Below, in pieces: positions 9,530 through 18,695 of a stretch of DNA of 64,000 nucleotides. The notes under the pieces were generated by a model. The model ran no database searches, was not told the DNA's origin, and worked only from the letters and a program-made list of their open reading frames with translations. Made by a program: the position numbers and the translations under genes. Source of the stretch: Gemmatimonas sp. (GTDB lineage Bacteria; Gemmatimonadota; Gemmatimonadetes; Gemmatimonadales; Gemmatimonadaceae); contig OZ257156.1 of assembly GCA_965279375.1 (NCBI GenBank), positions 2,496,001-2,560,000 of the forward strand, read 5' to 3'. Numbering within the stretch: position 1 is the stretch's first letter; each line of letters begins with the position of its first letter.

Positions 9530-10827
9530 ACGATCGTCGGGAAGGGGATCGGGATGATGAAGCGGCCGCCGGCATCTCGGTACGCCTGCTGCTGGCGCAT
9601 GATCTCGTCAGCGAAATTCCACGCCAGGATCAGGACGAAATCCGGCTGACGCTCGATCAGGGTTTCGACCGGCAACACCGGGATGTGCGATCCCGGTGTG
9701 AACGTGCCGACTTTTAGCGCGCTCCGGTCGACGGTATACGGCACGAGATCAGTGCCGATCCCGCAAAAATTCAGGAGCGTGTTTCCCTTGGCCGGCGCAC
9801 CGTAGCCAGCCACGGTCTTGCCTTCGTCGCGCAGTTTCTTGAGCATCGCCACCAGCGCCTCGCGCTGCGCAGCGACGTCCCGTGCGAACTGTTGCCAGCG
9901 CGCGAGGCTGTTGAGGCCGATTTCGGTCTCCTCCTCAATCATGCGCAGGACGTCGGCGCCGGGCGTGGGGTAGTGCTCGCGTCGGCCCGCGTACATGCGG
10001 ATCGAGCCGCCGTGCACCGCGACCTCGTCCACGCGCACCAACGTCAGACCAACTGCCTCGCACAGCCGCTTCAGCGACGTGACCGAGAAATAGCAGAGAT
10101 GTTCGTGATAGACCGTGTCGTACTCGAGATGCTCGAGCATCGTGCGCGCGTACGGTACCTCGGTGATGACGAGACCATCGCCGTCGATGAGCGCACGGGC
10201 GCCACGCAGGAAATCCTGTGTGTCGTCGACATGCGCGAGCACGTTGTTGCCGATCACGGCACGCGCCGCACCGCGGGATGCGCGCAGCGCCTCGCCGGTG
10301 GCGCCATTGAAGAAGTCGCCGACCGTCTCGATGCCATGTGAACGCGCGATGGCGGCGATGTTGGTTGCTGGTTCGACGCCGAGCGTTCGCACGCCTTCCG
10401 CCTGGAAGCAGCGCAGCAGACTGCCGTCATTGCTGGCCACCTCCACCACCAGATCGTCGGCGGTGAGGGAGAGCAGCTGCACGACCGTGCGCGCATACGC
10501 GACGTTGTGCTTGGCGATGGTTTCCGACGTACCGGTTACGTAGAGATAGTGCCGAAAGAGCACTTCCGGGTCGATCACATCCGCCAGTTGCACCAGCGCG
10601 CACGACTCGCAGAAGTACACGTCGAGCGGGAAGCGCAACTCCTCCGACGCTTCGTCGGGGTGTCGCAAATTCGCATTCGCGAGCGGCTGCGGTCCGAGCA
10701 CGAGAAAGCGCGAGAGGCGCTCTTCGCCACAGGCGCGGCACTGATACCGAATCCGATGCACCGAGCGTGCGGGACTGCGATCTTGGCTGATACCGCTCAC
10801 GTCACCGTCGTCGGGAGGAAGAGTCAT
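9526..10827 (-). CDS. NDP-sugar C-methyltransferase (TcaB9/EryBIII/NovU-type, Zn-binding)
   Basis: CRACG...CESC Zn ligands, EVASNDG, YHEHLCYF, HGGSIR, GYGAPAKGNTLLN, LAWNF. Confidence 0.92.
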   Translation of the reverse strand: MTLPPDDGDVSGISQDRSPARSVHRIRYQCRACGEERLSRFLVLGPQPLANANLRHPDEASEELRFPLDVYFCESCALVQLADVIDPEVLFRHYLYVTGTSETIAKHNVAYARTVVQLLSLTADDLVVEVASNDGSLLRCFQAEGVRTLGVEPATNIAAIARSHGIETVGDFFNGATGEALRASRGAARAVIGNNVLAHVDDTQDFLRGARALIDGDGLVITEVPYARTMLEHLEYDTVYHEHLCYFSVTSLKRLCEAVGLTLVRVDEVAVHGGSIRMYAGRREHYPTPGADVLRMIEEETEIGLNSLARWQQFARDVAAQREALVAMLKKLRDEGKTVAGYGAPAKGNTLLNFCGIGTDLVPYTVDRSALKVGTFTPGSHIPVLPVETLIERQPDFVLILAWNFADEIMRQQQAYRDAGGRFIIPIPFPTIV

Positions 10828-11071
10828 GATATAAGTGCGCCGGAAATATGCCCAGCACCGTCTGGGCCGCGCAATGCAATCGCTTCTCCATGACGAGCGT
10901 TGCGGTTGAAAGGCACAATCACGTCATGCACAATTCGCGATCGACGTTGCGGCAACCGCCGCGACGCATGCACCTCGGGGGGAGTCCGTTGGAGCTGCAC
11001 AACCAGCACGATTCGCTGTCCGGCGACGATCTGTCGCGCCGCGTTGGCCGGCCGTTCATGCCAGCGGCACG

Positions 11072-12412
11072 GTGAACGTTTCCAACGGGTCCACGGCGCG
11101 AGGCGCAGAGCGACTGCCGTGGTGGCTACCCGCGCTGTTCCTCATCGCGTGGGCTACGCTCGCGCCGCAGCCGGGACTCCGGGCACGGTCGTTCTCGTTC
11201 TGCCTGCTCTGCGACGCCAATTGGCTCGGCGACACCATCAACAACGTTGCGTTGTTCATGCCACTGGGGGCGGCGCTCGCCTTTCGCGGCACCCGGGTCG
11301 GCAAGGTGGTGCTGGCGGGCGCCGCGATCTCCTGCCTTGTCGAGCTGCTGCAGCGCGCCGGGATCGCGCCGGGCCGTATCCCCGCGCTCGATGACGTGCT
11401 CGCCAACAGCGTCGGCACGGCCTTGGGCGCCTGGGGCATGACGCACCGTGACCGTTTGCGACGGACCCTGTGGCAGGTCACCGCCGCCCGTGCGCGTGGA
11501 TTGCTGATGGCCTGGACGCTGGCGGTGGGCGGCATGCTGTGGGGGAGCGCGTGGGGGGTCGTTTCCGTGCTGTCGTCGGATACCGCCTCGCGCCGCGATT
11601 CCGTCGTCGTCGCCGACAGCTGGCAGCGAGCGATTCGCGATCAGGACTTCGTGCAGTCGACGATCCGCGGGTCCGTGAACGACGTGCGATTGCCAGTTAA
11701 ACGCACCGGGCAGATCATGGCCTCGATCTCACCCACGGACACGGTACGCATCGACATCACACGACGCCTAATCGACGAGAGAGATCGACGCGATCGGCCG
11801 ATCGCGCTGGTCTTCGTGCATGGACGTCAGTCCAGCGACGAGTTGGTGTACCTCGGCCAGGAGAGGGAAGACCTGGTCCTGCGGCGAACCGTCCGTGCGA
11901 CTCGGCTGGGCCTTCAGACGCCGACGTTGCGGCTGCGTAACGTCTTCGTGCTCGATTCGGTTTTGCCGGGCACGACCAGCAGCATTCACGCGCTCGTCAC
12001 GCCCTCCGATCTGTCGCTGCGTATCGATGTGCCGGATCCTCGCATCGGCTCGAAGCGCGCCGAGCTGCGGTCGTCGTCCGCGCTTGGCTGGGCACTGATC
12101 CAGCCGTTGATTGGCGCAACGTCGCCCGTCGCGCCGTTGCTGACGTGCCTGTGGCTGCTGTGCTGGTTTCTGCCCGGCGGTGTCTGGGTGGCGCGAGCAG
12201 GCGGCGCCCACGTTGGATGGACCTGGCGCGGGCACCTGCTGGGAGGTGCCGGTGCCGCGATCTGGAGTCTTGCGTTGCTGCTGGGCGGCGCGCTCGCGGC
12301 GACCGCCTTGGGCGTCCACCAGATGGCCTGGTGGCAGAATGCGTCCGCCGTCGCCGGAGCGATCCTGGGTGTCGTCATCGAAGCACGTGGGCGCTCCGGG
12401 AGCGCGCGCTGA
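11072..12412 (+). CDS. VanZ-family membrane protein with C-terminal extension
   Basis: D.INNVALFMPLG, VELLQ, PGR...DDVLANSVG. Confidence 0.75.
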   Translation: MNVSNGSTARGAERLPWWLPALFLIAWATLAPQPGLRARSFSFCLLCDANWLGDTINNVALFMPLGAALAFRGTRVGKVVLAGAAISCLVELLQRAGIAPGRIPALDDVLANSVGTALGAWGMTHRDRLRRTLWQVTAARARGLLMAWTLAVGGMLWGSAWGVVSVLSSDTASRRDSVVVADSWQRAIRDQDFVQSTIRGSVNDVRLPVKRTGQIMASISPTDTVRIDITRRLIDERDRRDRPIALVFVHGRQSSDELVYLGQEREDLVLRRTVRATRLGLQTPTLRLRNVFVLDSVLPGTTSSIHALVTPSDLSLRIDVPDPRIGSKRAELRSSSALGWALIQPLIGATSPVAPLLTCLWLLCWFLPGGVWVARAGGAHVGWTWRGHLLGGAGAAIWSLALLLGGALAATALGVHQMAWWQNASAVAGAILGVVIEARGRSGSAR

Positions 12413-12548
12413 AGGCACGCTGAACGCACCAGGTCGCGCGCGAGCCAACGAATCCGCGTCGTGACGCGAAGGCGCGCTGCTCGTACTCATCGTGGGTGTC
12501 GACCAGTCCACGTGTGACGGTCGAGCGCTACTGTCCGATCAGTCGGAT

Positions 12549-12568
12549 ACCGGTCAATATTCACCGGT
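12549..12568. promoter_or_regulatory. 20-bp near-perfect palindrome, candidate operator
   Basis: ACCGGTCAATATTCACCGGT (one mismatched pair), 70 bp upstream of the FkbH-cassette start. Confidence 0.35.
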
Positions 12569-12638
12569 CGACGGTCAGGCGATGGCATGCGCCGCGTGCG
12601 CGGCCGTCGCTCCAATACTCTTGGGAGGTTTGGTCCGG

Positions 12639-13583
12639 ATGAACGAAGCCAGCACTGTCGAGACACCGTACTTTCGGACCATCGTGGATATGGTCTGCGA
12701 GCGGTCGCCGCTTCAGGAAAAGAAGCTGCGGAAGTATCTGGCAGGCTGCGACGCGGAGTTCTTCGCGGAGGCCGAGACCTTCGCGGAGGAGTACACGAAG
12801 TATCTGGAGTCTCAGGGCATTCCTCTCGAGTATGCGGTGAACGCGTATCTGAAGATGGGCAATGAGATGCTCAAGCTTCAGATCGCGTTCATGAAGACCA
12901 AGGAGTATCACATCGACTCCGCGGCGAAGGCGAACGAAGAGGTGTACAGCAGCGAGCCGACGATGAAGTCGTACATGATCGGACTCGCGATGTCGCAGTT
13001 TCTCTGGCCGACGCACTACGCCACGCATCGTTTCCTGCGCGAAGCTGTCGCCGCCGGCGTACCGACGATCAAGACGTATCTGGACATCGGGCCAGGCCAC
13101 GGACTGTCGCTGAACAACGCGGTCAAGACCCTGGCGGCCGACACGACATTCACGGCGGTGGACATCAGTCCGGTGTCGATGCGAATCACGCAATCGATCA
13201 TGGGCTACTTTCATCCGGGCAAGGACGTCGTGCGCTACTACACGATGGACATGCTCGATCTCGATCTGAGCGAGACGTTCGACTTCATCACGATGGGTGA
13301 AGTGATCGAGCACGTGGAACACCCGGAGCGGCTGCTCGTCAAGTTGCGAGACCTGTTGAGTCAGAACGGACGCGCGTTCATCTCCACCTGCGTCGATTGT
13401 CCTGCACTCGATCATGTCTATCACTTCCGATCGGTCGATCAAATCCGCGACATGCTGAATGCGTGCGGACTGCACATCGAGGCCGAGCGGGTGTTGCCCG
13501 TCGAGGCTCTCCCGTACGAGGAGATCTGCCGACGGCGGATCACCATCAACTACAGCGCCATCATCACACGGAAGGATTCCTGA
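12639..13583 (+). CDS. Class I SAM-dependent methyltransferase
   Basis: YLDIGPGHG, AVDIS, FDFITMGEVIEHV; GGGAGG before ATG 12639. Confidence 0.88.
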   Translation: MNEASTVETPYFRTIVDMVCERSPLQEKKLRKYLAGCDAEFFAEAETFAEEYTKYLESQGIPLEYAVNAYLKMGNEMLKLQIAFMKTKEYHIDSAAKANEEVYSSEPTMKSYMIGLAMSQFLWPTHYATHRFLREAVAAGVPTIKTYLDIGPGHGLSLNNAVKTLAADTTFTAVDISPVSMRITQSIMGYFHPGKDVVRYYTMDMLDLDLSETFDFITMGEVIEHVEHPERLLVKLRDLLSQNGRAFISTCVDCPALDHVYHFRSVDQIRDMLNACGLHIEAERVLPVEALPYEEICRRRITINYSAIITRKDS

Positions 13584-13882
13584 TGACCATGGACGTCAAG
13601 ATCGAACAGATCGTGCTGGGCGCGATCGATGAAGTGAACGCGCACCAGCCGAAAGACCAGCAGATCAGCCGGTCCATGGATACCGTGCTGTACGGCTCGG
13701 CCGGTGAACTGGACTCGCTCAGCCTCATCAACTTCATCGTCGCCGCAGAGCAGCTCATCGAGAAGGAGTTCGGAGCGACTGTCAATCTGATCGACGAGAA
13801 TACGCTGGTGATGGAAGACAGCCCGTTGCGTACGGCCAGAACGCTTGCCGATCATATCAGAGGCCTCCTGCAGGCAGCATGA
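13583..13882 (+). CDS. Acyl carrier protein
   Basis: 99 aa, acidic, LDSLSLINFIVAAE phosphopantetheine site; TGATG coupling with the upstream gene. Confidence 0.88.
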   Translation: MTMDVKIEQIVLGAIDEVNAHQPKDQQISRSMDTVLYGSAGELDSLSLINFIVAAEQLIEKEFGATVNLIDENTLVMEDSPLRTARTLADHIRGLLQAA

Positions 13883-15504
13883 TGAACGCGCTTCTGATCT
13901 CGGACTTCAATCTCGCCATCTTCTCCGGATACCTCGGCAACGACTCGCAATCACCGTCAGTAGTTCCAACCTTGGCGCCGTTCGGCCAGGCGCTGTCGAC
14001 TTTGCTTCAGCCATGGGAAGCGGAGTACGACCTCGCTGTCGTCTGGACTCAACCGGAGAGCGTGATTCCGTCGTTTCGGAAGGCGCTCGCATTCGAGTCG
14101 TACGATAGTGCGGAACTGCTGAAGGAAGTCGACGAGTTCTCGCAGGCGATTTTGAATGTGCGAGATCGCGCGCGGTTTCTGTTCGTGCCAACGTGGGTGG
14201 TGGCGCCGTATCGGCGCGGTCTGGGTTTGCTGGGCTTTTCAGGCATTCTCGCAACGATGAACCAGCGGCTCGTCGAGAATCTGAACGCGGCCGAAAACAT
14301 CTTCCCACTCAACGCGCAGCGTTGGACCGGACTCGCAGGAAAGCGCGGGTTCAGCGCGAAGTCGTGGTACATGGGGAAGATCCCCTTTTCCAACGAAGTC
14401 TTTGCTGAAGCGGTCAAGGACATCAAGGCGACGCTACGCGCGCAGTTGGGTGACGCGCGCAAGCTGATCGTCGTGGACCTCGATGACACGCTGTGGGGTG
14501 GCGTTGTCGGAGACGTCGGTACCGATGGTCTTCGGCTTGGTGGTCACGACTTCATCGGCGAAGCCTTCGTCGATTTTCAGCGCACACTCAAGTCATTCAC
14601 GAACCGGGGCATTCTGCTCGGCATCGTGAGCAAGAACAACGAGGCGACGGCACTCGAGGCATTCAACCACCCGGAGATGGTGTTGAAGGTCTCGGATTTC
14701 GCGGGCTGGCGCATCAATTGGTCGGACAAGGCAAAGAATATCTCCGAGCTGGCGGCGGAGCTGAATCTCGGGCTGCAGTCCATCGTGTTCATCGACGACA
14801 ACCCGGCGGAGCGCGCGTGGGTTCGCGAAGCGCTGCCGGAGGTGCTCGTGCCGGACTGGCCCACCGACTTCACGCTGTACAAGGAGTCGTTGCTCGAACT
14901 GCACTGCTTCGACGCAGTGGCGGCCACGGACGAAGATCGCAATCGAGCAGCGTTCTACGTGAAGGACCGCGAACGCAAGGCGGCTGCCGTGGAGGCGCCG
15001 TCGCACGAGGCGTGGCTGCAGTCGCTTGGCATGACGGCCAAGGTCGCGCGCTTGAACAAGACGAATCTGCAACGCGCGTCGCAGCTGTTGAACAAGACCA
15101 ACCAGATGAACTTGCGCACCCGTCGGATGACGGAGTCGGAGCTGTGGGAGTGGGCCTCCGCGCCTGGCCATGATCTCTGGACCTTCAGCATCTCGGACAA
15201 GTTCGGCGACTTGGGGTTGGTCGGCATCGCCAGCATGGCGGCGGGACTCGTGGAAGACTTCGTGTTGAGCTGCCGTGCGATGGGGCGCACCGTCGAAGAG
15301 TCGATGCTCGCGTTCCTGATCGAGAAGGCCAAGCGCTCAGGCGAGGAGACGCTCACGGCGACGTACCAGCCGACCGAAAAGAATGGCCCCTGTCTGGATT
15401 TCTTCCGACGCTCCGGGCTGGGCGAAGCCGACCACGTGTTTGTCGCGCACACGCATCAGAAGTACGCCGAAGCGCCTGCGGTCGCGCTGGAGGAGCTCTC
15501 GTGA
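13879..15504 (+). CDS. FkbH-like glyceryl transferase/phosphatase (HAD-IIIC)
   Basis: VDLDDTLWGG, SKNN, INWSDK, FIDDNPAE, QLLNKTNQMNL, DKFGDLG, LSCRAMGR. Confidence 0.95.
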   Translation: MMNALLISDFNLAIFSGYLGNDSQSPSVVPTLAPFGQALSTLLQPWEAEYDLAVVWTQPESVIPSFRKALAFESYDSAELLKEVDEFSQAILNVRDRARFLFVPTWVVAPYRRGLGLLGFSGILATMNQRLVENLNAAENIFPLNAQRWTGLAGKRGFSAKSWYMGKIPFSNEVFAEAVKDIKATLRAQLGDARKLIVVDLDDTLWGGVVGDVGTDGLRLGGHDFIGEAFVDFQRTLKSFTNRGILLGIVSKNNEATALEAFNHPEMVLKVSDFAGWRINWSDKAKNISELAAELNLGLQSIVFIDDNPAERAWVREALPEVLVPDWPTDFTLYKESLLELHCFDAVAATDEDRNRAAFYVKDRERKAAAVEAPSHEAWLQSLGMTAKVARLNKTNLQRASQLLNKTNQMNLRTRRMTESELWEWASAPGHDLWTFSISDKFGDLGLVGIASMAAGLVEDFVLSCRAMGRTVEESMLAFLIEKAKRSGEETLTATYQPTEKNGPCLDFFRRSGLGEADHVFVAHTHQKYAEAPAVALEELS

Positions 15505-17075
15505 AGCTCCGATTCCATGTCTCGCGCGAGATGGTCGATGCGTTCGCGCGCTGGACCGGCGATCACAGCTCGCTGCACGTGAACGAGGTGTTCGCGCGTC
15601 GGTCGCCGTATCGAATGAACGTGGTGCACGGCATGCTTCCGGTGGCCTTCATCGCGCGACTTCCGTTTCTTGCGAACGGGATGTGGCTCAAGAAGCTCTC
15701 GGGACAGTTTCTGCACCCGGTGTTCGTCAACGACGAACTGGAACTGGAGGTGAAGTCGGCCGATGCTGAGCAGACGGACTTCGAGTATCTGATCCGAAAG
15801 GTCGCCTCCAACGCCACTGTCACCTCCGGCGCGTTCACGCTGGCGCGCGAGGGCGCGCCATCAGCGGCGCATCCCGTTGCCGCGGGAACGAGCGACAGCC
15901 TCGTGGTGACGGCGCTCGTCGAAAACGATCAGCTGTTCGAGCAAATCAACAAGAACGACGAGGCGCAGTTCGAGTTCGTCGTTGGTGAAGGCTGGCCCGA
16001 CGCGGCGTCGCCGATCGTCGAGAACTGCTCCGCAGCGTGCCTATTCTCCACCTTCGCGGGGATGTGCATTCCGGGAAGGTTCGCGACGCTGGTCGACTTT
16101 CGCGTCGAGTTCGCGGCGCGGCTCGAGATGCACCGCCGCTATCGCTTGAAGGGGATCGTCGAGTTCAAGTCGCAGTCCACCGTTTCGCTGGTGGAGGCGA
16201 TCACGATCAGCGACGTCGAGCATCCCGACGTCGTCGTGGCCACGGGCAAGATCAACGTCAAGGTCAGCTCGCCCGCGCTGCAGATGCCGTCGATGGACGC
16301 GCTCAAGGCATCCAGTCTCGATCTCCATCTGCGCGACAAGGTCGTGCTCATCACCGGCGCCAGTCGCGGCATCGGTGAGGTTGCCGCCAAACTCTTTGCG
16401 CTCCACGGCGCGAAGGTGGCGGTCAACTACTTTCGCGGGCAGCAGGATGCCGAACGAATGGTTGGTGAGATCGAGGCCTTTGGCGGACAGGCCATGCTCG
16501 CGCAGGCCGATGTCTCCGACCGGGAGCAGGTGAAGCGGATCTTCGCTGACATCGTCGGGCGCTTCGGCACGGTGGATGTTCTCGTGAACAGCGCCGTGCG
16601 AGACTACTTCGCCAGCCCGTTTCTGGAGCTCACGTGGGAGGACATGGCGCGCGATCTCGACGTAATTGTGCAGGGGGCCTTCAACTGCTGTCAGGAAGCG
16701 CTTCCGCTCATGATCAAGCAGCGCCGCGGAAAGATCATCAACATCGCATCGATCGCCGTCGAAAACCCGCCGGTAGGTCAGGCGAAGTACGTCACCGCGA
16801 AGAGCGCACTCGTTGGGTTGACGCGAAGCCTCGCCGTCGAGTTCGCGCCGCACAACGTGCAGGTAAATCTCGTCGTCCCGAGCATCGTCGAGACGGATCT
16901 CAGTCGCCTCGTGCCCAAGATGTTCCTCGACAAGCTCAAGAACGAAACGCCGATGAAGCGAGGAGCACTTCCGGAAGACGTGGCTCGGGCGATTGTGTTC
17001 CTCGCGTCGTCGCTGTCTGACTTCACCACCGGTCAGAAGATCATGGTTACCGGCGGAAACGCGCCGTTTCTATGA
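15501..17075 (+). CDS. MaoC-type dehydratase / second hot-dog domain / FabG-like SDR fusion
   Basis: FARWTGDHSSLH..VVHGM (MaoC); TGASRGIG and YVTAK (SDR). Confidence 0.88.
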   Translation: MKLRFHVSREMVDAFARWTGDHSSLHVNEVFARRSPYRMNVVHGMLPVAFIARLPFLANGMWLKKLSGQFLHPVFVNDELELEVKSADAEQTDFEYLIRKVASNATVTSGAFTLAREGAPSAAHPVAAGTSDSLVVTALVENDQLFEQINKNDEAQFEFVVGEGWPDAASPIVENCSAACLFSTFAGMCIPGRFATLVDFRVEFAARLEMHRRYRLKGIVEFKSQSTVSLVEAITISDVEHPDVVVATGKINVKVSSPALQMPSMDALKASSLDLHLRDKVVLITGASRGIGEVAAKLFALHGAKVAVNYFRGQQDAERMVGEIEAFGGQAMLAQADVSDREQVKRIFADIVGRFGTVDVLVNSAVRDYFASPFLELTWEDMARDLDVIVQGAFNCCQEALPLMIKQRRGKIINIASIAVENPPVGQAKYVTAKSALVGLTRSLAVEFAPHNVQVNLVVPSIVETDLSRLVPKMFLDKLKNETPMKRGALPEDVARAIVFLASSLSDFTTGQKIMVTGGNAPFL

Positions 17076-17722
17076 GTACGCAACCCAACGGTATCGTCGC
17101 TCTCGACTACAAGGATCGAGAGCAGGTTCGCGCGGCCGCCGCGCTACACGAGAAGCTTCTTGCCGACAGTCCCGTGCCGCTGTTGGGGCGTCTGTTCATG
17201 GAACGCTTCTACTACAGCACGCTGGTGAAGGACGGGCTGATTCACTGCGACCTGTATCGACAGGACGGCCAGTACGTCGCGTTCAGCGTCTATACGTGCT
17301 ATCCGGGGAGCTTCATCAGTCAGGGCATCAAGCGACACTTCCTGTACCTCTGCCTGCTGTTCACCGTGGCGCTGATCGCGAAGCCATCGCGCATCAAGAC
17401 CATCCTCGGCATGCGAGGTCAGACCAGCAAGCGCCTCTCGGAAAGCGAGATTGGAAAGGCCGGTGAATACCTCTCGTTGGGTGTGCTCGCGGAGTACCAG
17501 CAGATCAAGCACCCGCAGACCAACGTGCGCATTTCCAACATGCTTTTTGAACGCGCCATCGAATTCTTCAAGACGAGCGGCTACGAGGAGATTCTACTGG
17601 CGTTCAAGGTCTCCAACCGGCGCTCGATGCTGTTCTGGCTGTCGTACGGTGCCGTGCTGAAAGAGCGTCACTATGTCAACGACGAAAGCTGCCTCATGAC
17701 CCTCCGACTGGACCGGAAGTAG
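17072..17722 (+). CDS. GNAT-fold acyltransferase
   Basis: YLSLGVL.EYQ, N.RSMLFW..YG GNAT-like motifs; last gene of a coupled operon. Confidence 0.65.
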   Translation: MSTQPNGIVALDYKDREQVRAAAALHEKLLADSPVPLLGRLFMERFYYSTLVKDGLIHCDLYRQDGQYVAFSVYTCYPGSFISQGIKRHFLYLCLLFTVALIAKPSRIKTILGMRGQTSKRLSESEIGKAGEYLSLGVLAEYQQIKHPQTNVRISNMLFERAIEFFKTSGYEEILLAFKVSNRRSMLFWLSYGAVLKERHYVNDESCLMTLRLDRK

Positions 17723-18614
17723 CGGCGGCGCGCCAATTCGCGATCGCTTCCGCGGTAGTCGTGATGCGATAGTGACGGCGCACCTGGTCGAGCATCACCT
17801 GACACCGTTCACGTTTGCGCGCGGCGCTCATCGTCGAGAGCGTGAAAATGCGCGACTTCAAGCCGACCAAGCGGGACGCCGGCAGTGGGTCGGCCAGATC
17901 GATGAGGTGGAACAGGAGCGTCAATGGCCGTCCGCTGCGTCGAAAGCGATCCACGCCCGAACGAAAGAGCCACCCGCCAAGGAGCAGGGAGTAGCTCGGA
18001 TTGAAGGGTAGCGGAAAGGGACGGTGATCCGGCATCGACCATTCGACGAAGTCTCGGTCCGACAACGGCCGGTGCGGCGACTCCAGCGTCTTCACGGTGC
18101 TCTTGAGCGCCGTGGCGTATACCTCGGTCGGGAACGCCGACGAGTCGTACGCATACCCGCACTCGGCGAGCAGCTCCAGCGACTCGAGATCGATGTGGTA
18201 CCCGGGCGCGCGAAACCCTTTCACCTCGATCCCCAGTTCGCGCTCGAGGAGACGTTTGCTCTCCTCGATTTCGCGCCGCTTCGAGGCGGAATCGATCCGC
18301 GACAGATAGGCGTGGGTGAGCGAGTGCGACGCGATCTCGTGGCCTTGTTCGACGGCGGCCTCGATCAGCGCACGCTTGCGCGGGTCGTGTAATGAACGCG
18401 CAATCACGAACAGCGTAGCCCGCACGCCATTGTCGGCAAAGAAGCGCAGGAAATTGCGCATGCCGGTTTCGAAGATCGGGTCATCGGTCGCCGTGTAGCC
18501 CCAACCGTTGCCCTCGAAAATGTCCTGTGCGCCATCGAGGTCCACATGCACAGTGGCCACAGGAGTCGCCGGAGTGGGGGCGTTGCGCTGAGGCTTGGCA
18601 TCGCCGTGACTCAT
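17694..18614 (-). CDS. Polysaccharide deacetylase (NodB/CE4)
   Basis: VDLD, ATLFV, GHEIASHSLTH, GFRAPGY, YDSS; start 18614 or 18635. Confidence 0.85.
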   Translation of the reverse strand: MSHGDAKPQRNAPTPATPVATVHVDLDGAQDIFEGNGWGYTATDDPIFETGMRNFLRFFADNGVRATLFVIARSLHDPRKRALIEAAVEQGHEIASHSLTHAYLSRIDSASKRREIEESKRLLERELGIEVKGFRAPGYHIDLESLELLAECGYAYDSSAFPTEVYATALKSTVKTLESPHRPLSDRDFVEWSMPDHRPFPLPFNPSYSLLLGGWLFRSGVDRFRRSGRPLTLLFHLIDLADPLPASRLVGLKSRIFTLSTMSAARKRERCQVMLDQVRRHYRITTTAEAIANWRAAATSGPVGGS

Positions 18615-18695
18615 CTCATTTCCGGAGGCGTGCATGCGGTCAATGTGAATCGTTGAAGTCGCGCAGGTCGTGCTGCCATGCCGTATGCCCCGGTG

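Noticed and set aside
10906..10934. TTGAAA-N17-CACAAT sigma-70-like promoter before vanZ; also TATAAT at 54223-54228
   Set aside because: Plausible but too weak to call without transcript data.
12639..17722. FkbH cassette read as a PKS or tetronate antibiotic cluster
   Set aside because: No ketosynthase, FabH-like or NRPS gene in the window; all neighbours are glycan genes.
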